DNA of 64,000 nt from a bacterium (GTDB taxonomy: Bacteria; Actinomycetota; Coriobacteriia; Coriobacteriales; QAMH01): assembly GCA_963642995.1 (NCBI GenBank), contig CAVIIZ010000001.1, positions 4,017-68,016 on the forward strand. The letters are read 5' to 3'. The translations under genes and the position numbers were made by a program. The stretch's first letter is position 1, and each line of letters opens with the position of its first letter. Of the stretch, positions 10,062 to 17,376 are shown one piece after another. The notes under the pieces are model-generated. The model saw only the letters and a list, made by a program, of their open reading frames with translations. It was not told where the DNA came from and ran no database searches.

Positions 10062-11290
10062 ATCTCCAGCTCCATTCCGTCTTCGGCCACTATCACGCGC
10101 CCGTCGAATCGCCGCGCGTACTCGTAGATCTCGGCTATCTCGTCTACTCCGGGGTCGCACATGTGGGGAGCCAGGTGCTGCAAGACGACGCGATGCGCCC
10201 CCAGCAGGTTCAGCCCCTCGTCGATGGTGTCGCGCACCAGGTGGTGCGTGCGGTGCGTGCCGACGTTTTTCCAGAAGGTCGCGTCCATGACGAGCGTGTC
10301 CACTCCCTGCAGCACTTCGACCACCTCGGGTTTCAAGGCCGCGGTGTCCGGCGCGTAGAAGGCGCGCGTGCCGTGTGGCGTGGTGACGAGCCATCCCACG
10401 CAACCCGGGCAATGCTCGAGCGGCAGCGCCTGGAAGACCAGGCCGTCGAAGGCGCGGCGCCCGAAAGGCTCGACCGCGTCCAGCTCGAAGGCGTCGTCCA
10501 TATAGGAGAACTCGCGCATGGCCTCCTCGACGGCATAGGCGCTCGCGGTGAAGGGCAGCGGCTCCTTGCGGTGCAGGCGGATGAAATACTCCAGCTCGCC
10601 CAGACCGCCCATATGGTCGTAATGCGCATGGGTGAGGAAGAGCCGGTCGACGGCGTCGATGTCCTCGCGCACGAGCTGGGCGCGCAGATCGGGCGGCGCG
10701 TCGAGAAGCGCCGTCTTGCGTCCGCGCACCACCGCGCCCGTGCACGTGCGGCGCTTGGACGGGTCGCGCCTGGCCGCCTCGCACGCCGGGCAATGGCAGA
10801 AGAACGCCGGCACGCCGCATCCCGCGCTCGTGCCGAGAAAGGTCAGGGTGTAGTCGGGCACGACGGAGCGGTAGGGCTGCGGGGCACATGACATGCGCTC
10901 GGGGCACAGCTCCAGGCATTCGCAGGAAAACTCGGGCGTGATGTCGTCCCAGCCGCACTTCACCAGCCCGCAGCTCTCGTAAAACGCCCCCAGCTGCCCG
11001 CGGCTGGAAAGGCGCAGGTCGGCGTGCAGCGACAACGCGTCTTGCATCAAGGCCGACCCGACGCCCTTGCGCTGCACGGCGTCGAAGACGACGACGGGAC
11101 GCACGTACCAGGCGCCGTCGGCTCCCCGCTCGCAGCGCAAGGCGCCGTACATGGTGTTGTCGCAGGTGACGGCGACGCGCACGCCAGCGGGCGAGGAAAG
11201 GTCCGAGAAGCCCTCCTCGGAAAACAGCTCGCGCAGGAGCGGCAGGTCGGCGTCGCAGGCGTCGCGTATGGAAAACGGCGGTTTGTCCAC
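10058..11290 (-). CDS. fusion protein: N-terminal GNAT acetyltransferase plus C-terminal PhnP/PqqB-like metallo-beta-lactamase-fold hydrolase
   Basis: 410 aa with a GTG start. The GNAT motif A is QRKGVGSALMQ. MBL features are LTFLGTSAGCGVPAFFCHCPACEAARR (Cys knuckle) and THAHYDHMGGL (HxHxDH). GGAGAGGA lies just upstream. Confidence 0.75.
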   Translation of the reverse strand: MDKPPFSIRDACDADLPLLRELFSEEGFSDLSSPAGVRVAVTCDNTMYGALRCERGADGAWYVRPVVVFDAVQRKGVGSALMQDALSLHADLRLSSRGQLGAFYESCGLVKCGWDDITPEFSCECLELCPERMSCAPQPYRSVVPDYTLTFLGTSAGCGVPAFFCHCPACEAARRDPSKRRTCTGAVVRGRKTALLDAPPDLRAQLVREDIDAVDRLFLTHAHYDHMGGLGELEYFIRLHRKEPLPFTASAYAVEEAMREFSYMDDAFELDAVEPFGRRAFDGLVFQALPLEHCPGCVGWLVTTPHGTRAFYAPDTAALKPEVVEVLQGVDTLVMDATFWKNVGTHRTHHLVRDTIDEGLNLLGAHRVVLQHLAPHMCDPGVDEIAEIYEYARRFDGRVIVAEDGMELEI

Positions 11291-11306
11291 GGCTTCTCGT
11301 CCTCTC

Positions 11307-12287
11307 CTACATGATGGGCGGGACGTATATCTTCATGCGGCTTTGCGGGATGGCCTTCTTCGCAAGCTCCGTGCAGCCGGCCACGATGGTGTCCAGGCGG
11401 TTTTCAGGCACGCCCATGTACATCATGTCCTCGCCGATGTCGCTAGACGCCCTGCCCCCGTAGCACCCGAACGAGATGTTGGGCTCGTCGTTGACGAAGG
11501 GCAAGAGCGTGGCCTCGACGCATTGCGCGTTGAATCCGGAGGCGTGGAAATCGTGGCGGTGCCCGTCGAAATAGGACATGGACATGCACAGCCACATCAT
11601 CTGCTCGGGATTGCCGGTGAAGACCACGACCTCGGGGGTGCGCGTCGTCTTGGACAGCGGCTCGACCAGCGTCGCGCGCCGCGAGTTCGGCGGCAGCACG
11701 GGGCGCTCCGAGACCATCTTGGCCGCAGCGGGCGCGTCGACCACTTTGTGGAAGAGCACGTAGATCTCGCCGGTGGCAAGCTTTGGCGGCACGCCCGTCA
11801 TGCCGAATATGGAGGTGCCGTCCGGACAGGAATGGCAATGCGGCGGCTGGAGTATGGAGGCGCCGCGCCTGGCCGCGTTCATGGCCTGGCAAAAGCGCAG
11901 CTTCTCCGAGGGGAAGGGCACGTCGGGCAGGGGCTCGTCGCAGGCGATCAGGCCGACCGAGACGGGATGCCAGCGCAAATCGAGCGCCTCCATGATGGTT
12001 TTCTCCGCCTGCGCGTAGCGCCGACGTTGCGCAGGCGCTATGGGCTTTGCGCGCTCCTCGCCTTTGTAGGGGTCGTACTCGGCCGGGTTGCCCTCGCGCT
12101 TCACCACGATGGCGCGCTTGGGGCACTGGCCGGAGCAGGTGTCGCAGCCCACGCAGGTCTCCATGTGCGTGGCGGCCGGCATTCCGTCCGGCCCCGTCTC
12201 GAGGCTGTCTTGCGGGCAGAAGGCGATGCACAGCCCGCAGGCAACGCAGCGTTTCCCGTCGTGCACGAACTTGAACTCATCGGCCAT
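11307..12287 (-). CDS. fusion protein: 2x[4Fe-4S] ferredoxin module plus DUF169 domain
   Basis: 326 aa. The ferredoxin motifs are CVACGLCIAFCP and CVGCDTCSGQCP. The DUF169-type blocks are FCQAMNAARRG, GNPEQMMWLCMSMSY and SFGCYGGRASSDIGEDMMYMGVP. Confidence 0.75.
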   Translation of the reverse strand: MADEFKFVHDGKRCVACGLCIAFCPQDSLETGPDGMPAATHMETCVGCDTCSGQCPKRAIVVKREGNPAEYDPYKGEERAKPIAPAQRRRYAQAEKTIMEALDLRWHPVSVGLIACDEPLPDVPFPSEKLRFCQAMNAARRGASILQPPHCHSCPDGTSIFGMTGVPPKLATGEIYVLFHKVVDAPAAAKMVSERPVLPPNSRRATLVEPLSKTTRTPEVVVFTGNPEQMMWLCMSMSYFDGHRHDFHASGFNAQCVEATLLPFVNDEPNISFGCYGGRASSDIGEDMMYMGVPENRLDTIVAGCTELAKKAIPQSRMKIYVPPIM

Positions 12288-12423
12288 GTCGAGCGCCTCT
12301 CTCCTCTTTCCTTCGGCAGCGCGCGCATCGGGCGCGGCGCACGCAAGCCGAAGTGTCTCTCAACGTGCGCCCATTCTAGCGCCGCGGCAAACGGACGTAG
12401 GCGAGAAGCGGGAGGCGGCGAAC

Positions 12424-14301
12424 TCAAAGCGGGCGGCGCATGAACAAGGCGCCGTCCTCGAAACCGTGCGCGCGGAAGAAGCGGCGCAGGCCCGGCGGCA
12501 CGCACGAGACGAGGGCGCTGCACCCGCGTCCGGCGGCGATCGCGGCGGCGGAATCGAGCAGCTTCTCGCGCAGGGGTCCGGCCAAAGAGCCCGTGGCGTC
12601 GGCCGCTCCGAACACGTGCAGCTCGCGCAAGACGGCCTCGCCCGAGGCCACGGGCAGCGCCGCGCCCGATCGCGAGACGGCGCTTTCGTCGGGAAAGGAA
12701 AGCCTGGCGAGCGCGACGAGCTGCCCCTTGCCGGTGACCACCTGCAAGAGGCGCTCCTTGGACACCGGAGTGCGGTAGGGCACGGACTGCAGGTGCAAAG
12801 GCCCTCCGTCCAGACCGGACGTGCCCAGCTCCCTGTGGCGGATCTCGGCGATTTCGGCGCCCTCCTTCTCGAGCAGCCGGTCGACCTCCTGGCGCAAGTT
12901 GGGCGTCTTGTTGCCCGCGAGTATGTCGTCGGTGGAGATGTCGCGCACCATGCGGCTCACGCGCACCCACGCCGGCGCGGCCTTCATGCACGACGCGCAC
13001 AGCTCGAGCAGCGTCTCGTGGGAATACGGCTTCCACGCGCCGCATGCGGCCAGGCGCGTGAGCGGCGTGCCGGCCACGAGCACGCACGGATACAGCTTCA
13101 CCTCGTCGCACAGGCCGCCGCCTGCCAGCTCCGTGAAGCCGGCGAGGTCTATCTTCGGCGTGGACAGGTAGAGGTTGAGCATGTAGTGCACGTGCACGCG
13201 CATCCCGAACAGGCGCGCGAGGTCGAGGGCGCGGCGGCTCGCGGCGCCGTCTTGCCCGCGCCAGTTCGCCGAGAGCACCTTGTCGTCGAGGCTCTGCACG
13301 CCGATCTGCAGGCGGTCGCAGCCCATGCGCGCCATCTCCAGCAAGCTGACCGCGTTCACGCAGTCGGGGCGCGTCTCGACGGAAAACCCCACGCAACGCG
13401 CGGAGGCCGTCTCGTTTGCGCGCATCTGCGAGGACAGCTGCGCCCACGAGCCCCGTTGCATCCGCGCGGCGATTTCCCAGCCGCCCGTGCCGTAGAGGCG
13501 CCTGACGGCCTCGTCGTAGCCCATTTCCTGCGCATCGACCTTTTCCTGCGCACGCGAGCACGCGGCATCGACCCCCTCGCGCGAGGAGGATATGTGCAAG
13601 CCGGCATAGCGCAGCTGGCGGGTGCTCACGTCGTCGGCGCCCCAGGGCTCGCATGAGAGCTCCGCGTACTCGTCCGAGCGCCCCGGCAGCCCGGCCACGT
13701 CTTTAGCGTAGGCGCTGAAGTTGGGGATGCGGGCGCTGTCCCAATCGTTTAAGGCGCGGTAGAGCTCGGCGGCAAACCACAGGCGGTAGGCCTTCGGGTA
13801 CTCGGTCCAGCTGCCGCCCAACACGACCAGCTCGACCTCGTCTACGGGATGGCCCATAAGGTAGAGGGTGCGCAGACGGCTCGTGACCTGCAGATACGGG
13901 TCGAAACAGCATTGCTCGGCACGTTGGCAGGCAGGCTCGGAGGGCAGGTAGCTCTTCGGCATGGACAGGTCGTTGGGGCAGAAGATGCACGAGCCCGGAC
14001 ACGGGTGGGGCTTGGTCAACACGGTGACGGAGGCCACGCCGGACGCGCAACGGCGCGGCTTCATGCGCAAGAGGGCCAGCAGGCGCGCCTCGAGCGCATC
14101 GTCTACGTTCCACGAGCTCCACAGCGCGGGGTCGTTTTGGCGCGCCTCGAGATAGTAGGCGACGAGCCGGCGCTTCGAGCAGATGCGGCCTGGAGCGCCC
14201 ATGTTCTTGCTGTGCGCGACGATGACGGCGTCGAGGGCACGGGCGTCCACTTCGGCGCCCGCGCGCAGCCTTCCCAGTATGTCGAGCAAGACGTCTTCCA
14301 T
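12424..14301 (-). CDS. Elp3-like radical SAM / GNAT enzyme (elongator protein 3 family)
   Basis: This is the last 625 aa of track ORF 12424..15633, starting MEDVLLDILG. PHPCPGSCIFCPND is a Cx4Cx2C radical-SAM triad. Also present are LQIGVQSLDDKVL and a C-terminal acetyltransferase-like tail (LRELHVFG...LRRFFRAHGFE). Confidence 0.8.
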   Translation of the reverse strand: MEDVLLDILGRLRAGAEVDARALDAVIVAHSKNMGAPGRICSKRRLVAYYLEARQNDPALWSSWNVDDALEARLLALLRMKPRRCASGVASVTVLTKPHPCPGSCIFCPNDLSMPKSYLPSEPACQRAEQCCFDPYLQVTSRLRTLYLMGHPVDEVELVVLGGSWTEYPKAYRLWFAAELYRALNDWDSARIPNFSAYAKDVAGLPGRSDEYAELSCEPWGADDVSTRQLRYAGLHISSSREGVDAACSRAQEKVDAQEMGYDEAVRRLYGTGGWEIAARMQRGSWAQLSSQMRANETASARCVGFSVETRPDCVNAVSLLEMARMGCDRLQIGVQSLDDKVLSANWRGQDGAASRRALDLARLFGMRVHVHYMLNLYLSTPKIDLAGFTELAGGGLCDEVKLYPCVLVAGTPLTRLAACGAWKPYSHETLLELCASCMKAAPAWVRVSRMVRDISTDDILAGNKTPNLRQEVDRLLEKEGAEIAEIRHRELGTSGLDGGPLHLQSVPYRTPVSKERLLQVVTGKGQLVALARLSFPDESAVSRSGAALPVASGEAVLRELHVFGAADATGSLAGPLREKLLDSAAAIAAGRGCSALVSCVPPGLRRFFRAHGFEDGALFMRRPL

Positions 14302-14444
14302 GGAAACCCAGAGTATACGGCACGCCCGCACGCGGAGCCGGGAGAAAGCGCCGGGGCGTCCCGCACGAGCTGCAAGATGCGCCGACGCAGGATGCGGAAT
14401 GCGCCGGCGAAAAGAAGAGGCCGGCGTGGCGTGGCGTTCGCGCC

Positions 14445-15656
14445 CTATTTTTCCAGGAACCTGTAGATGGCCTCGGAGTAGTAGACGGCGCCCAGCGGCG
14501 AGGGGTGCGTCTGGTCGCGCAGGAAATAGCGGTCGTAGTCGTGGTCGGTGAAATCGGCCACCTCGAAGCCGCGCTCGGCGCACATCCCCTTTATCCGCTC
14601 GTTGAAGGCGGAACGCGCCTCGGCGTCGAGCGCCGTCTCGTCGTAGAGCCAGCCCTTCATCGGCTGCAAGATGACGAGCGGCTGCACGCCCGTCTGCTCG
14701 CACACCTGCAAGAGCAGGTCGAAATCGGCGAACTCGCCATCGCTGAAATCCGCGATCTGCGGGTATTGCTGCAGGCGTATGCGGCCGCGCGTCCAATCCG
14801 AGTACGTGTTCTCGCCGGAAAAAGAGTCGGCATCGGCGCGCTCTTCGGCCTCGGCGGCGGCCTCCTCCTTGAAGGCGTCCCAATCCGCATCGGTCAGCCC
14901 CCCGGCTTTGGAGCGGTCCTTTCGGGGCACGGATGAGAGCGTGGCGCCGCTGCTTGCCGGTTCGGAATCGGAGGCCACCTTCACGTTCAGGCGCGCGCGC
15001 ACGTCGGCCAAGACCTGCGAGGCCGCGCCGTCGAAGCTCGAGACGGCGGAGGCGAGCACGTTTTCGGATCGGCCATCTGACGCGCCGGCAGCCGAGACGG
15101 CGTATGCGGAGATTCTGGAGGCGAGGCCGTTTTTCGTCTCGTCGGAGACGTCGGCGTTTGCAAGGGCCTCTTGCCAGGCGTCGGGCGAGAACTCGGTCGA
15201 GAAATAGCGGGCCGCCTCGTGGGCCATCGAGGGCGTGTCGCCGTAGAACCATTGCATGCTGGGAAACAGCACGATGCGCTTGTCCTCGAGCTGGGGGGCG
15301 ATGGCGGCCAGCTCGATGGCCTCCCACAGGCTCTCGTGGTTGGTCATGCCCATCACCATCAGGTCGTTGGCGCACTCGTCGCGTTGGAAGAACTGCGCCG
15401 GGTGAAACTTTCCGGTGGTGCCCGAATACAGCTCGGAGGAGCCGAAGACGAGGACGGGGTCGTCGCCTTGCGCCACGCGCGCCTTGTAGGAGTTCAACAT
15501 GAAATCGTGGCTGGAAAGCTGTGCCGTGGACGGGTACATGATGACGGGGTTTTCCTCGAGGGCGCCACTGCCCTGCGCATAGCCGTTTCCGACGAAGGCC
15601 GCGGCGCACACGACGGCGGCGAAGACAGCGCAAAGGCAGGCGGCAAGACGGCGCAT
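14445..15656 (-). CDS. dltD: D-alanyl-lipoteichoic acid biosynthesis protein DltD
   Basis: This is the last 403 aa of track ORF 14445..15815, starting MRRLAACLCAVFAAVV (signal/anchor). Motifs are VLVFGSSELYS (the SGNH-like Ser block) and DQTHPSPLG. It sits in dlt operon context. Confidence 0.8.
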   Translation of the reverse strand: MRRLAACLCAVFAAVVCAAAFVGNGYAQGSGALEENPVIMYPSTAQLSSHDFMLNSYKARVAQGDDPVLVFGSSELYSGTTGKFHPAQFFQRDECANDLMVMGMTNHESLWEAIELAAIAPQLEDKRIVLFPSMQWFYGDTPSMAHEAARYFSTEFSPDAWQEALANADVSDETKNGLASRISAYAVSAAGASDGRSENVLASAVSSFDGAASQVLADVRARLNVKVASDSEPASSGATLSSVPRKDRSKAGGLTDADWDAFKEEAAAEAEERADADSFSGENTYSDWTRGRIRLQQYPQIADFSDGEFADFDLLLQVCEQTGVQPLVILQPMKGWLYDETALDAEARSAFNERIKGMCAERGFEVADFTDHDYDRYFLRDQTHPSPLGAVYYSEAIYRFLEK

Positions 15657-15660
15657 GAGA

Positions 15661-15876
15661 TTAAAACCCCTCGTAGACGGGCTCGGCGGGAGCGCCGTAG
15701 CTGGAGAAGAAGAAAAACCACACGAGCACGCCCACGCAAGCGGCGACGACAAGGCACCATGTGGCAAGCGCCGCGGGGTGCCCGGAGAAAAACCAAGTGC
15801 GCACGCGCTCGGCATGCGGATGCAGGCGCTCGATGGGGCCGCCCTTGCCCTTCGCCGTCGTGCGCGCCTGCGCCAT
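15661..15876 (-). CDS. small membrane protein, DltX-like
   Basis: 71-aa ORF: MAQARTTAKGKGG...ALATWCLVVAACVGVLVWFFFFSSYGAPAEPVYEGF. It has one TM helix, an aromatic C-terminal tail ending VYEGF, and GGGGAGAGGA about 8 nt upstream of the ATG. It lies between dltC and dltD. Confidence 0.55.
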   Translation of the reverse strand: MAQARTTAKGKGGPIERLHPHAERVRTWFFSGHPAALATWCLVVAACVGVLVWFFFFSSYGAPAEPVYEGF

Positions 15877-15914
15877 GGAAACGTCCTCTCCCCGCCTTCT
15901 CGCCGCCGAGCGCC

Positions 15915-16163
15915 TCATGCGACGCGCAGCTGCACCTGGTGGACGATCTTGTTCACCGTGTTCATCTCGTCGCGCTCCACTTCCGTGGGCGCTATCTCGA
16001 CCCCGAAGCGCTCCTCTATGCCGACGAGCACCTCGATCGCGGCCATGGAATCGAGCAAGCCCGCCTCGAACAGGTCGACGTCGCGCTCCTCGCGCACCGC
16101 CCCGTCGTCGCACACCTCCTCGAGCAGATCGAGCATCTTTTCCTCGACTTCTTCATGCGTCAT
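15915..16163 (-). CDS. dltC: D-alanyl carrier protein DltC
   Basis: 82 aa, starting MTHEEVEEKMLDLLEEV. EAGLLDSMAAIEVLV carries the phosphopantetheine-attachment Ser. Its ATG overlaps the dltB stop as ATGA. Confidence 0.85.
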   Translation of the reverse strand: MTHEEVEEKMLDLLEEVCDDGAVREERDVDLFEAGLLDSMAAIEVLVGIEERFGVEIAPTEVERDEMNTVNKIVHQVQLRVA

Positions 16164-17344
16164 GCGAAAAAACCTCCTACGAAAGTGGCGAACTGCCCGG
16201 AGAAAATGGAGAAACCGAGCATCACGAGGTTGATGGTGAGCGCCCAAGAGCACAGTTTATACCAGGTCGCGTTCTTGTGGCGCTTGTGGAAGGCGCTCTT
16301 CTTCTGGTAGACGTCGCAGGCCGCGAGCAGCACGCCGTGGAACAGACCGTAGGCGATGTAGTCGGGCGTGAGGCCGTGCCAGCAGCCCATCAGGCCCATG
16401 TTCGCGATATAGCCCCAGCATGCACGCGTCAGGCGCGTCGAGAAGACCTTTCGGCGGGTGAGCGATGTGACCAGGCGCATGAACACGAAATCGCGCAGCC
16501 AAAACGAGAGGGTGATGTGCCAGCGGTTCCAGAAATCCTTGATGTCGACGGCGGCGAAGGGGGCGCGGAAGTTGCGCGGCGTGCGTATGCCGAAACAATA
16601 GCTCGCGCCGCAGGCCATCATGGAGTAGCCCGCGAAATCGAAGAAGAGGTAGAGCCCGTAGGCCCAGGCGTCTTTGGCGGCGGAGCCGAAATTGACGAAA
16701 AGCGTCTTTTCCGCGTAAAACGGCTGGAAGCTGACCTGGGAGTGCAGGATGGTCGCGATGACGAGCTGGTAGAGCGCCCCGATGAAGATGAGGAGGATCC
16801 CGCGCGCGAGCAAATCGGCGTATTCGCGACGGGAGAGCCTCGCATGCGCATCGGCAAGGAAGCGACGCGAGCGGTCGATGGGGCCTGAGGTGATGACGGG
16901 AAAGAACACGATGAAGTAGAGCCAGTCGAAGACGGACAGCTCCTCTATGAGGCCGTCGCGGATCTCGACTAGGACCTGGACGGCTTTGAAGGTGAGATAC
17001 GAGATGCCGATGAAACCGAGGAGGTTCGCGTCGAAGACGGCCGAGAGCTTGTAGACGGCAAGCGGGGTCAGGGTGCAGGCGAGCATGACGCGGTAGAGCG
17101 CGACGCTTTTGCCCCCGCGCGTCCAGCTGTGAAAGACCACGTAGGTGCAAATGCCCGCCACGGCGGCAAAGGCGAGGAAGGCGGCAAGCTGGGCCGGGCT
17201 GCCCGCGAAGAGGCAGGCGATGAAGAAGACGGAGGCGGCGAGTCCGTAGCGCCTGATGGAGTGCCCCGTCAAGCCGAGGGCGGCCGCGGGGACGATGCAG
17301 ACGGCGAGGGCGATGAAGAAAGAGGCTGATGTGTAGAAACTCAC
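16160..17344 (-). CDS. dltB: D-alanyl transfer protein DltB (MBOAT family)
   Basis: 394 aa from GTG 17344 (VSFYTSASFFIALAV). MBOAT blocks are FWNRWHITLSFWLRDFVF and LMGCWHG. The remainder of track ORF 16160..18550 is overlap noise with dltA. Confidence 0.85.
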   Translation of the reverse strand: MSFYTSASFFIALAVCIVPAAALGLTGHSIRRYGLAASVFFIACLFAGSPAQLAAFLAFAAVAGICTYVVFHSWTRGGKSVALYRVMLACTLTPLAVYKLSAVFDANLLGFIGISYLTFKAVQVLVEIRDGLIEELSVFDWLYFIVFFPVITSGPIDRSRRFLADAHARLSRREYADLLARGILLIFIGALYQLVIATILHSQVSFQPFYAEKTLFVNFGSAAKDAWAYGLYLFFDFAGYSMMACGASYCFGIRTPRNFRAPFAAVDIKDFWNRWHITLSFWLRDFVFMRLVTSLTRRKVFSTRLTRACWGYIANMGLMGCWHGLTPDYIAYGLFHGVLLAACDVYQKKSAFHKRHKNATWYKLCSWALTINLVMLGFSIFSGQFATFVGGFFA

Positions 17345-17376
17345 GGCTGCGTGTTCTTTCGCGTGTGTCCGAGGCC

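Noticed and set aside
8826-10958. A 710-aa track ORF suggesting a much longer Fe-S protein.
   Set aside because: The first roughly 300 aa are Arg/Gly-rich and overlap the well-supported GNAT-MBL gene in another frame. The credible product starts at ATG 10061 (MSVEETLRICGE) in an ATGA overlap.
12336-12371. An 8-bp GC hairpin (GGCGCACG...CGTGCGCC) between Elp3 and the DUF169 operon. I considered it as a terminator or leader element.
   Set aside because: No U-tract follows it on the - strand, and it overlaps the expected transcription start of the TAGAAT promoter candidate. Its function cannot be determined from sequence.
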